Assembly (NCBI GenBank): GCA_038087875.1
Contig: JAXLNO010000469.1
Span: 1-64,000, forward strand
DNA length: 64,000 nucleotides
From: Malacoraja senta
Taxonomy: Eukaryota
Direction of reading: 5' to 3'
The translations under genes and the position numbers were made by a program. A model generated the notes under the pieces. The model made no database searches. It had not been told where the DNA came from and saw only the letters and a program-made list of their open reading frames with translations. Below are positions 13,962 through 25,623 of the stretch, piece by piece. Within the stretch, counting starts at the first letter, position 1, and every line of letters begins with the position of its first letter.

Positions 13962-16900
13962 GCGACCTCGCCGGATTTGTGGCGAACTTGCCGGATTTAT
14001 GGCGACCTTGCCGGAAATATGGCGACCTTGCCGGATTTGTGGCGACCTTGCCGGAAAAATTGCGACCTTGCTGGAAATATGGGGACCTTGCCGGATTTGT
14101 GGCGACCTTTCCGGAAATATGGCGACTTTGCCGGAAATATAGCGACCTTGCCGGATTTGTGGCGACCTTGCCGGATTTACGGCGACCTTGTCGGAAATAT
14201 GGCGAGCTTGCCGGATTGGGGCGACCTTGCCGGAAATATTGCGACCTTGCTGGAAATATGGTGACCTTGCCGTATTTGTCGCGACCTTGCCGGATTTATG
14301 GCGACTTTGCCGCAAATATGGCGACATTGCCGGATTTGAGGCGACCTTGCCGGATTTATGACGACCTTGCAGGATTTATGGCGACCTTGCCTGAAATATG
14401 GCGACCTTGCCGGATTTGAGGCGACCTTGCCGGAAATATGGCGACCTCGCCGGATTTGTGGCGACCTTGCCGGAATTGTGGCGACCTTGCCGGGAATATC
14501 ACGATCTCGCCGGATTTGTGGCGACCTTGCCGGATTTATGGCGACCTTGCCGGATTTATGGCAACCTTGCCTGAAATATGGCGACCTTGCCGAATTTGTG
14601 GCGACCTTGCCGGATTTATGACGACCTCGCCGGATTTGTGGCGACCTTGCCGCATTTATGGCGACCTTGCCGGAAATATAGCGACCTCGCCGGATTTGTG
14701 GCGAACTTGCCGGATTTATGGCGACCTTGCCGGAAATATGGCGAACTTGCCGGATTTGTGGCGACCTTGCCGGAAATATTGCGACCTTGCTGGAAATATG
14801 GGGACCTTGCCGGATTTGTGGCGACCTTCCCGGAAATATGGCGACCTTGCCGGAAATATAGCGACCTTGCCGGATTTGTGGCGACCTTGCCGGATTTACG
14901 GCGACCTTGTCGGAAATATGGAGAGCTTGCCGGATTGTGGCGACCTTGCCGGAAATATTGCGACCTTGCTGGAAATATGGGGACCTTGCCGTATTTGTCG
15001 CGACCTTGCCGGATTTATGGCGACTTTGCCGCAAATATGGGGACCTTGCCGGTTTGTGGCGACCTTGCCGGATTTATGGCGAACTTGCCGGATTTGTGGC
15101 GAACTTGCCGGAAATATGGGGACACCGCCGGATTTCTGGCGACATTGCCGGATTTATGACGACCTTGCCGTATTTATGGCGACCTTGCCTGAAATATGGC
15201 GACCTTGCCGAATTCGTGGTGACCTTGCCGGATTGATGGCGACCTCGCCGGATTTGTGGCGACCTTGCCGGATTTATGGCGACCTTTCCGGAAATATGGC
15301 GACCTCGCCGGATTTGTGGCGAACTTGCCGGATTTATGACGACCTTGCCGGAAATATGGCGACTTTGCCGGATTTGTGGCGACCTTGCCGGATTTGAGGC
15401 GACCTTGCCGGAAATATGGCGACCTCGCCGGATTTCTGGCGACCTTGCCGAAATTGTGGCGACCTTGCCGGGAATATCGCGATCTCGCCGGATTTGTGGC
15501 GACCTTGTCGGATTTATGGCGACCTTGCCGGATTTATGGCGACCTTCCCTGAAATATGGCGACCTTGCCGAATTTGTGGCGACCTTGCCGGATTTATGGC
15601 GACCTCGCCGGATTTGTGGCGACCTTGCCGCATTTATGGCTACCTTGCCGGATTTGTGGCGAACTTGCCGGATTTATGACGACCTTGCCGGAAATATGGC
15701 GACTTCGCCGGTTTGTGGCGACCTTGCATGATTTATGGCGACCTTGCCGGAAATATGGCGACCTTGCCGGATTTGTGGCGACCTTGCCGGATTTGTGGCG
15801 ACCTTGCCGGAAATATTGCGACCTTGCTGGAAATATGGGGACCTTGCCGTATTTGTCGCGACCTTGCCGGATTTATGGCGACTTTGCCGGAGATATGGCG
15901 ACATTGCCGGATTTGAGGCGACCTTGCCGGATTTATGACGACCTTGCCGAATTTGTGGCGACCTTGCCGGATTTATGGCGACCTCGCCGGATTTGTGGCG
16001 ACCTTGCCGCATTTATGGCGACCTTGCCGGAAATATGGCGACCTCGCCGGATTTGTGGCGACCTCGCCGGATTTGTGGCGAACTTGCCGGATTTATGACG
16101 ACCTTGCCGGAAATATGGCGACTTCGCCGGATTTGTGGCGACTTTGCCGGATTTGAGGCTACCTTGCCGGAAATATGGCGACCTCGCCGGATTTGTGGCG
16201 ACCTTGCCGGGCTTGTGGCGACCTTGCCGGAAATAACGCGATCTCGCAGGATTTGTGGCGACCTTGCCGGATTTATGGCGACATTGCCGGATTTATGGCG
16301 ACCTTGCTGGATTTGTGGCGACCTTGCCGAATTTATGGCGATGTTGACGGAAATATGGCGACCTCGCTGGATTTGTGGCGACCTTGCCGGATCTATGGCT
16401 ACCTCGCCGGATTTATGGCGACCTCGCCGGATTTGTGGCGACCTTGCCGCATTTATGGCGACCTTGCCGGAAATATGGCGACCTCGCCGGATTTGTGGCG
16501 ACCTCGCCGGATTTGTGGCGAACTTGCCGGATTTATGACGACCTTGCCGGAAATATGGCGACTTCGCCGGATTTGTGGCGACCTTGCCGGATTTGAGGCT
16601 ACCTTGCCGTAAATATGGCGACCTCGCCGGATTTGTGGCGACCTTGCCGGACTTGTGGCGACCTTGCCGGATGTATGGCTACCTCGCCGGATTTTTGGCG
16701 ACCTTGCCGGATTTGTGGCGACCTTGCCGAACTTATGGCGACCTTGACGGAAATATGGCGACCTTGCTGGGTTTGTGGCGACCTTGCCGGAAATATGGCG
16801 ACCTTGCCGGAAATATGGCGACCTGGCCGGATTTATGGCAACCTTGCTGGAAATATGGCGACCTTGCCGGAAATATGGCGACCTTGTCGGGTTTGTGGCG

Positions 16901-17786
16901 ACCTTGCCGGATTCATGGCGACCTTGCCGGAAATAGGGCGACCTCGCCGGATTTGTGGCGACCTTCCCGGATTTGTGGAGACCTTGCCGGAAATATGTCG
17001 ACCTTGACGGATTTTTGGCGACCTTTCCGTAGTTATGGCGACCATGTCGGAAATATAGCGACCTTGCCGGATTTGTGGCGACCTTGCCGGAAATATGGCG
17101 ACCTTGCTGGAAATATGGGGACCTTGCCGGATTTGTGGCGACCTTGCCGGATTTATGGCGACCTTGCCGGAAATATGGCGACCTTGCCGGATTTGTGGCG
17201 ATCTTGCCGGAAATATTGCGACCTTGCTGAAAATATGGGGACCTTGCTGTATTTGTGGCTACCTTGCCGGATTTATGGCGACATTGTCGGAAATATGGCG
17301 ACATTGCCGGATTTGTGGCGACCTTGCCGGATTTATGACGACCTTGCCGGATTTGTGGCGAACTTGCCGGAAATATGGCGACCTCGCCGGATTTGTGGCG
17401 ACCTTGCCGGATTTATGGCGACCTTGCCGGAAATATGGCGACCTTGCCGGATTTGTGGCGACCTTGCCGGAAATATTGCGACCTTGCTGGAAATATGGGG
17501 ACCTTGCCCGATTTGTGGCGACCTTGCCGGAAATATGGCGACCTTGCCGGAAATATAGCGACCTTGCCGGATTTGTGGCGACCTTGCCGGATTTATGGCG
17601 ACCTTGTCGGAAATATGGCGAACTTGCCGGATTTGTGGCGACCTTGCCGGAAATATTGCGAACTTGCTGGAAATATGGGGACCTTGCCGTACTTGTCGCG
17701 ACCTTGCCGGATCTATGGCGACATTGCCGGAAATATGGCGACATTGCCGGATTTGAGGCGACCTTGCCGGATTTATGACGACCTTG
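13962..17786. repeat. 20-bp satellite, block 3
   Basis: Same monomer and orientation. Confidence 0.97.
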
Positions 17787-20779
17787 TAGGGGAGAAAGAA
17801 GAAAACGATAATAAACAGAGAGTAAGTGGTGGTGGGTTTCTTAAATGTGTATATTTTAATGCTAGGAGCATCTTAAGAAAGGTGGTTGAGCTTAGAGTTT
17901 GGATTGATACCTGGAAGTATGATGTTGTGGCGATCAGTGAAACACGGTTGCAGGAGGGCTGTGATTGGAAACTAAATATTCCAAGATTTCGTTGCTTCAG
18001 GGGTGATAGAATTGGAGGGGCAAGAGGTGGGGCTGTTGCATTGCTTGTCAAGGAAGATATTACAGCAGTGCTTTGGCAGGATAGTTTAGAGGGCTCGTCT
18101 AGGGAGGCTATTTGGGTGGAGCTGAGAAATGGGAAAGGTGTAGCAACACATATAGGGGTATATTATAGACCGCCAAATGGGGAGCGAGAATTGCAAGAGC
18201 AAATATGTAAGGAGATAGCAGATATTAGTAGTAAGCACAAGGTAGTGATTGTGGGAGATTTCAATATTCCACACATAGACTGGGAAACACATTCTGTAAA
18301 AGGGCTGGATGGTTTGGAGTTTGTAAAATGTGTGCAGGATAGTTTTTTGCAGCAATACATAGAGGTGCCTACTAGAGAAGGGGCAGTGCTGGACCTCCTG
18401 TTAGGAAATGAGACCGGGCAGGTGGCGGAGGTAAGCGTTGGGGAGCGCTTCGGGTCCAGTGATCACAATACCATTAGTTTCAATATAATTATGGAGAGGG
18501 TCAGAACTGGACCTAGGGTTGAGATTTTTGATTGGAGAAAGGCTAACTGAGGAGATGCGAAAGGATTTAAAAGGAGTGAATTGGGACATGTTGTTTTATG
18601 GGAAGGAGGTAGAAGAGAAATGGAGGACATTTAAAGGTGAAATTTTAAGAATACAGAATCTTTATGTACCTGTTCGGTTGAAAGGAAATAGTAAAAATTG
18701 GAAAGAGCCATGGTTTTCAAGGGAAATTGGACACGGTTCGGAAAAAGAGAGAAATCTACAATATTTGTAGGCAGCATGGAGTAAATCAGGTGCTTGAGGA
18801 GTATAAAGAATGTAAAAAGAATATTAAGAAATAAATTAGAAAAGCTAAAAGAAGATATGAGGTTGCTTTGGCAAGTAAGGTGAAAGTAAATCCAAAGGGT
18901 TTCTACAGCTATATTAATAGCTAAAGGATAACAAGGAATAAAATTGGTCCATTAGAGTCAGAGTGGACAGCTATCTGCAGAGCCAAAAGAGATGGGGGAG
19001 ATACTAAACAACTTCTTTTCTTCGGTATTCACGAAGGAGAAGGATATGGAATTATGTGAGGTAAGGGAAACAAGCAGAGTAGCAATGGAAACTATGAGAT
19101 TCAAAGAAGAGGAGGTGCGGACACTTTTGAAAAAGATGAAAACGGATAAGTCTCCAGGTCCTGACAGGATATTCCCGAGGACATTGAGGGAAGTTAGTGT
19201 AGAAATAGCAGGGGCTATCAGAGAAATATTTCAAATGTCATTAGGAACGGGAATAGTGCCGGAGGATTGGCGTACTGCGCATGTTGTTCCGTTGTTTCAA
19301 AAGGGTTCTAAGAGTAAACCTAGCAATTATAGACCTGTTAGTTTGACGTCAGTGGTGGGCAAATTAATGGAAAGGATACTTAAAGATAATATATATCAGC
19401 ATCTGGATAAGCAGGGCCTGATTAGGAACAGTCAACATGGATTTGTGCCTGGAAGGTCATGTTTGACTAATCTTCTAGAATTTTTCGAAGAGGTTACTAG
19501 GGAAATTGATGAGGGTTAAGCAGTGGATGTTGTCTATATGGACTTCCGTAAGGCCTTTGACAAGGTTCCTCATGGAAGGTTGGTTAAGACGATTCAATTG
19601 TTGGGTATTAATGGTGGAGGAGCAAGATGGATTCAACAGTGGCTGAATGGGAGATGCCAGAGAGTAATGGTGGATGGCTGTTTGCAGGTTGGAGGCCGGT
19701 GACTAGTGGGGTGCCTCAGGGGTCTGTGTTGGGTCCACTGTTGTATGTCATGTACATCAATGATCTGGATGATGGTGTGGAAAATTGGATTATTAAGTAT
19801 GCAGATGATACTAAGATGTGGTGGATAATGAAGTAGATTTTCAAAGTCTACAGAGAGATTTAGGCCATTTGGAAGAGTGGGCTGAAAGATGGCAGATGGA
19901 GTTTAATGCTGATAAAAGTGAGGTACTACATCTCGGCAGGACAAATCAAAATAGGACGTACATGGTAAATGGTAGAGAATTGAGGAATGCAGTTGAACAG
20001 AGGAATCTAGGAATAACTGTGCATAGTTCCCTGAAGGTGGAATCTCATGTAGATAGGGTGGTAAAGAAAGCTTTTGGGGTGCTGGCCTTTATAAATCAGA
20101 GCATTGAATATAGAAGTTGGGATGTAATGTTAAAATTGTACAAGGCATTGGTGAGGCCAATTCTAGAGTACGGAGTACAATTTTGGTCGCCTAATTATAG
20201 GAAGGATGTCAACAACATAGAGAGAGTACAGAGGAGATTTACTAGAATGTTGCCTGGGTTTCAGCAACTAAGTTACAGAGAAAGGTTGAACAAGTTAGGT
20301 CTTTATTCTTTGGAGCGCAGAAGGTTAAGAGGGGACTTGATAGAAGTCTTTAAAATTATGAGCGGGTTAGACAGAGTTGACGTGGATAAGCTTTTTCCAT
20401 TGAGAGTAGGGAAGATTCAAACAAGGGGACATGACTGGAGAATTAAGGGACAGAAGTTTAGGGGTAACATTAGGGGGAACTTCTTTACTCAGAGAGTGGT
20501 AGCTGTGTGGAATGAGCTTCCAGTGGAAGTGGTGGCTGGTTCGATTTTATCCTTTAAAAATAGATTGGATGGGTATATGGACGGGAAAGGAATGGAGGGT
20601 TATGGTCTGAGTGCAGGTAGATAGGACTAGGGGGAAGTATTTATTTAAAAAAATAATAATAATAAAATTTAAAAAATAAAAATAATAATAATAATAATAA
20701 TAATGTTCGGCACGGACTTGAAGGGCCGAGATGGCCTGTTTCCGTGCTGTAATGGTTATATGGTTATATGGTTATATGG
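17787..20779 (+). mobile_element. CR1 LINE (family B), 5'-truncated just upstream of the endonuclease; disrupted ORF2 (APE endonuclease + RT)
   Basis: APE motifs YFNARS, ISET, YRPP, VGDFN, LDL, SDH; RT motifs [19 protein letters not shown]; several stops and frameshifts; tail (ATGGTTAT)n; possible TTG target duplication (17784-17786, 20780-20782). Confidence 0.96.
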
Positions 20780-23700
20780 TTGCCGGATTTATGGCGACAT
20801 TGCCTGAAATATGGCGACCTTGCCGAATTTGTGGCGACCTTGCCGGTTTTATGGCTACCTTGCCGGATTTGTGGCGACCTTGCCGGATTTATGGCGACCT
20901 TGCCGGATTTATGGCGACCTTGCCGGAAATATGGCGACCTCGCCGGATATGTGTCGACGTTGCCGGATTTATGACGACCTTGCCGGAAACATGGCGACTT
21001 CGCCGGATTTGTGGCGACCTTGGCGGATTTGAGGCGACCTTGCCAGAAATATGGCGACCTCGCCGGATTGTGGCGACCTTGCCGGAATTGTGGCGATCTT
21101 GTCGGAAATATGGCGACATTGCCGGATTTGAGGCGACCTTGCCGGATTATTGGCGACCTTGCCGGAAATATGGCGACCTCGCCGGATTTGTGGCGACCTT
21201 GCCGGATTTATGGCGACCTTGCCGGAAATATGGCGACCTTGCCGGAAATATGGCGACCTTGCTGGATTTGTGGCGACCTTGCCGGAAATATGGCGACCTT
21301 GGCGGAAATATGGCGACCTGGCCGGATTTATGGCAACCTTGCCGGAAATATGGCGACCTTGCCATAAATATAGCGACTTTGCCTGATTTGTGGCGACCTT
21401 GCCGGATTTATGGCGACCTTGCCGGAAATATGGCGACCTTGCCGGATTTGTGGCGACCTTGCCGGATTTATGGCGACCTTGCCGGAAATATGGCGACCTT
21501 GCCGTATTTGTGGCGACCTTGCCGGAAATATTGCGACCTTGCTGGAAATATGGGGACCTTGCCGGATTTGTGGCGACCTTGCCGGATTTATGGCGACCTT
21601 GCCGGAAATATGGCGACCTTGCCGGATTTGTGGCGATCTTGCCGGAAATATTGCGACCTTGCTGGAAATATGGGGACCTTGCCGTTTTTGTGGCTACCTT
21701 GCCGGATTTATGGCGACTTTGCCGGAAATATGGCGACATTGCTGGATTTGTGGGGACCTTGCCGGATTTATGACGACCTTGCCGGATTTCTGGCGACCTT
21801 GCCGGAAATATGGCGACCTCGCCGGATTTGTGGCGACCTTGCCGGATTTATGGCGACCTTGCCGGAAATATGGCGACCTCTCCGGATTTGTGGCGACCTT
21901 GCCGGATTTATGGCGACCTTGCCGGAAATATAGCGACCTTTCCGGATTTGTGACGACCTTGCCGGAAATATTGCGACCTTGCTGGAAATATAGGGACCTT
22001 GCCGGATTTGTGGCGACTTTGCCGGATTTACGGCGACCTTGCCGGAAATATGGCGACCTTGCCGGATTTGTAGCGACCTTGCCGGAAATATTGCGACCTT
22101 GCCAGAAATATGGCGACCTTGTCGGATTTGTGGCGACCTTGCCGGATTTATGGCGACCTTGCCGGAAATATGGCGACCTTGCCGGATTTGTGGCGACCTT
22201 GCCGGATTTGTGGCGACCTTGCCGGAATATGTCGACCTTGTCGGATTTGTTGCGACCTTTCCGGATTTATGGCGACCATGTCGGAAATATGGCGACCTTG
22301 CCGGATTTGTGGCGACCTTGCCGGAAATATGGCGACCTTGCCGTAAATATAGCGACCTTGCCGGATTTGTGGCGACCTTGCCGGATTTTTGGCGACCTTC
22401 CTGAAATATGGCGACCTTGCCGGATTTGTGGCGACCTTGCCGGAAATATTGCGACCTTGCTGGAAATATGGGGACCATGCCGGATTTGTGGCGACCTTGC
22501 CGGAAATATGGCGACTTTGCCGGAAATATAGCGACCTTGCCGGATTTGTGGCGACGTCCCCGGATTTATGGCGACCATGTCGGAAATATGGCGACCTTGC
22601 CGGATTTGTGGCGACCTTGCCGGAAATATTGCGACCTTGCTGGAAATATGGGGACCTTGCCGTATTTGTGGCGACGTTGCCGGATTTATGGCGACTTTGT
22701 CGGAAATATGGCGACATTGCCGAATTTGTGGCGACCTTGCCGGATTTATGGCGACCTTGCCGGATTTGTGGCGACCTTGCCGGAAATATGGCGGCCTTGC
22801 CGGATTTGTGGCGACCTTGCCGGATTTATGGCGACCTTGCCGAAAATATGGCGACCTTGCCGGATGAGTGGCGACCTTGCCGGATTTATGTCGTCCTTGC
22901 CGGAAATATGGCGACCTTGCCGGATTTGTGGCGACCTTGCCGGATTTATGGCGAACTTGACGGATTTGTGGCGAACTTGCCGGAAATATGGGGACCTCGC
23001 AGGATTTCTGGCGCCCTCGCCGGAAATATGGCGAAATCGCCGGATTTATGGCGACCTTGCCGTATTTGTGGCGACCTTTCAGGAAATATGGCGACCTCGC
23101 CGGATTTGTGGCGACCTTGCCGGATTGTTGGCGACCTTTCCGGAAATATGGGGACTTCGCCGGATTTGTGGCAACCTTGCCGGGATTTATGACGACCTTG
23201 CCGGAAATATGGCGACTTCGCCGGATTTGTGGCGACCTTGCCGGATTTTATGGCGACCTTGCCGGATTTATGGCGACCATGTCGGAAATATGGCGACCTT
23301 GCCGGATTTGTGGCGACCTTGCCGGAAATATGGCGACCTTGCTGTAAATATAGCGAAATTGCCGGGTTTGTGGCGACCTTCCCGGATTTATGGCGACCTT
23401 GCCGGAAATATGGCGACCTTGCCGGATTTGTGGCGAACTTGCCGGAAATATTGCGACCTTTATGGAAATATGGGGACCTTGCCGGATTTATGGCGACCTT
23501 CCTGAAATATGGCGACCTTGCCGGATTTGTGGCGACCTTGCCGGAAATATTGCGACCTTGCTGGAAATATGGGGACCATGCCGGATTTGTGGCGACCTTG
23601 CCGGAAATATGGCGACTTTGCCGGAAATATAGCGACCTTGCCGGATTTGTGGCGACCTTCCCGGATTTATGGCGACCATGTCGGAAATATGGCGACCTTG

Positions 23701-24447
23701 CCGGATTTGTGGCGACCTTGCCGGAAATATTGCGGCCTTGCTGGAAATATGGGGACCTTGCCGTATTTGTGGCGACGTTGCCGGATTTATGGCGACTTTG
23801 CCGGAAATATGGTGACATTGCCGGATTTGAGGCGACCTTGCCGGATTTATGACGACCTTGCCGGATTTGTGGCGACCTTGCCGGAAATATGGCGACCTCG
23901 CCGGATTTGTGGCGAACTTGCCGGATTTAAGGCGACCTTGGCGGAAATATGGCGACCTCGCCGGATTTGTGGCGACCTTGCCGGATTTATGGCGACCTTG
24001 CCGGATTTGTGGCGACCTTGCCGGAAATATTGCGACGTTGCTGGGAATATGGGGACCTTGCCGGATTTGTGGCGACCTTGCCGGAAATATGGAGACCTTG
24101 CCGGAAATATAGCGACCTTGCCGGATTTGTGGCGACTTTCCCGGATTTATGGCGACCTTGTCGAAAATATGGCGACCATGCCGAATTTGTGGCGACCTTG
24201 CCGGATTGTTGGCGACCTTGCCGGAAATATGGGGACTTCGCCGGATTTGTGGCAACCTTGCCGGATTTATGACGACCTTGCCGGAAATATGGCGACTTCG
24301 CCGGATTTGTGGCGACCTTGCCGGATTTATGGCGACCTTGCCGGATTTGTGGCGACCTTGCCGGATTTATGGCGACCTTGCCGGAAATATGGCGACCTCG
24401 CCTGATTTGTGGCGACCTTGCCGGATTTATGACGACCTTGCCGGAAA
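20780..24447. repeat. 20-bp satellite, block 4
   Basis: Same monomer and orientation. Confidence 0.97.
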
Positions 24448-24640
24448 AAGGCCCGGGGAGCCGTTGGAGCGAGGAGGAGTTACCTGGAGCTGTGAGTAGA
24501 AAAACAGCGCGGGGCTTGCTTCTACAGAGGCCCGGGGAGCCGTTGGAGCGAGGAGGAGTTACCTGGAGCCGTTGGAACCGAAATCTGCAACGTTCCATCT
24601 CCAACTGCAACGTTACAGAGAAGGAGTGTGGGGGAAGCCT

Positions 24641-24680
24641 CTGATTGGTCGAACGGACTAGAGGAAGCAGCTGATTGGCT
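24641..24680 (-). promoter_or_regulatory. Two CCAAT (NF-Y type) boxes in the CR1 5' UTR
   Basis: CTGATTGGTC (24641) and CTGATTGGCT (24671) read RRCCAATCAG on the minus strand, 30 bp apart. Confidence 0.5.
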
Positions 24681-24701
24681 TGTATCCCAGGTAAGGGGAT
24701 T

Positions 24702-25623
24702 ATGAGGGCCAGGGCAGTTTACTGTTCTGCATGTCAGATGTGGGGGTCATGGAGTCTAATAGCCCTCCAGACGTCCACATCTGCGCCAGGTGCGTCGAGA
24801 TGGGGCTCCTAAGGGACCGTGTTAGGAACGGAGCAGCAACTTGATGACCTCTGTCTGCTCAGGGAGAGCGAGGAGGTCATAGAAAGGAGTTACAGGGAGG
24901 TGGTCACTCCAAGACCACGGGAGACAGAAAACTGGGTCACAGTTAGGAAGGGCAATGGGCAGAGGTAGGGACTGGTGAGTACCCCAGTGGCTGTACACCT
25001 TGAAAATAAGTATTCATGTTTGAGTAATGGTGGGGGAGACGGCCTACCTGGGGGCAGCGACAGCGGCCGGGCCTCTGGCACAAAGACCGGTCCTGGTGCT
25101 CAGAAGGGTAAGGAAAAGAAGAGGAGGGCAATTGTAATAGGGGACTCTATAGTCAGGGGTCGGATAGGCGTTTCTGTGAACGCAGACAGGAGACCCGGAT
25201 GGTAGTTTGCCTCCCTGGTGCCAGTGATGTGTCTGAACGTGTCGAAGAAATCCTGAAATGGGAGGGAGAGGAGCCTGAGGTTGTGGTACATATAGGTATC
25301 AACGACATAGGTAAAAAAAGAGAAGAGGTCCTGAAAGAAAAATTTAGTTAGGTAGAGAGTTAAGGAGAAGGACTGCAAAGGTAACAATCTCAGGATTACT
25401 GCCTGTGCCACGCGACAGTGAGAGTAGGAATGGAGCGAGGTGGAGGATAAATGAGTGGATGAGGGACTGGTGCAGTGGGTATGGATTCAAGTTTCTGGAT
25501 CATTGGGACCTCTTTTGGGAAAGGTGCGACCTGTACTTAAAGGATGGGTTGCACTTGAACTCGAGGGGGACCAATATCCCGGCGGGTAGATTTGCAAAGG
25601 CTACTGGGGAGACTTTAAACTAG
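24702..25623 (+). pseudogene. CR1 ORF1: zinc finger/leucine zipper plus SGNH esterase, frameshifted
   Basis: ATG at 24702; MRARAVYCSACQMW...HICARC (CxxC...CxxC); SGNH blocks IVIGDSIVRG, VCLPGA, VHIGIND and DGLHL spread over several frames; TAG at 25621-25623. Confidence 0.88.

Noticed and set aside
17375..18550. Satellite-endonuclease fusion ORF (also 7856-8344, 13046-13411 and 36935-37726)
   Set aside because: In-frame read-through is expected by chance because the satellite lacks stops; the downstream ORF2 is disrupted.
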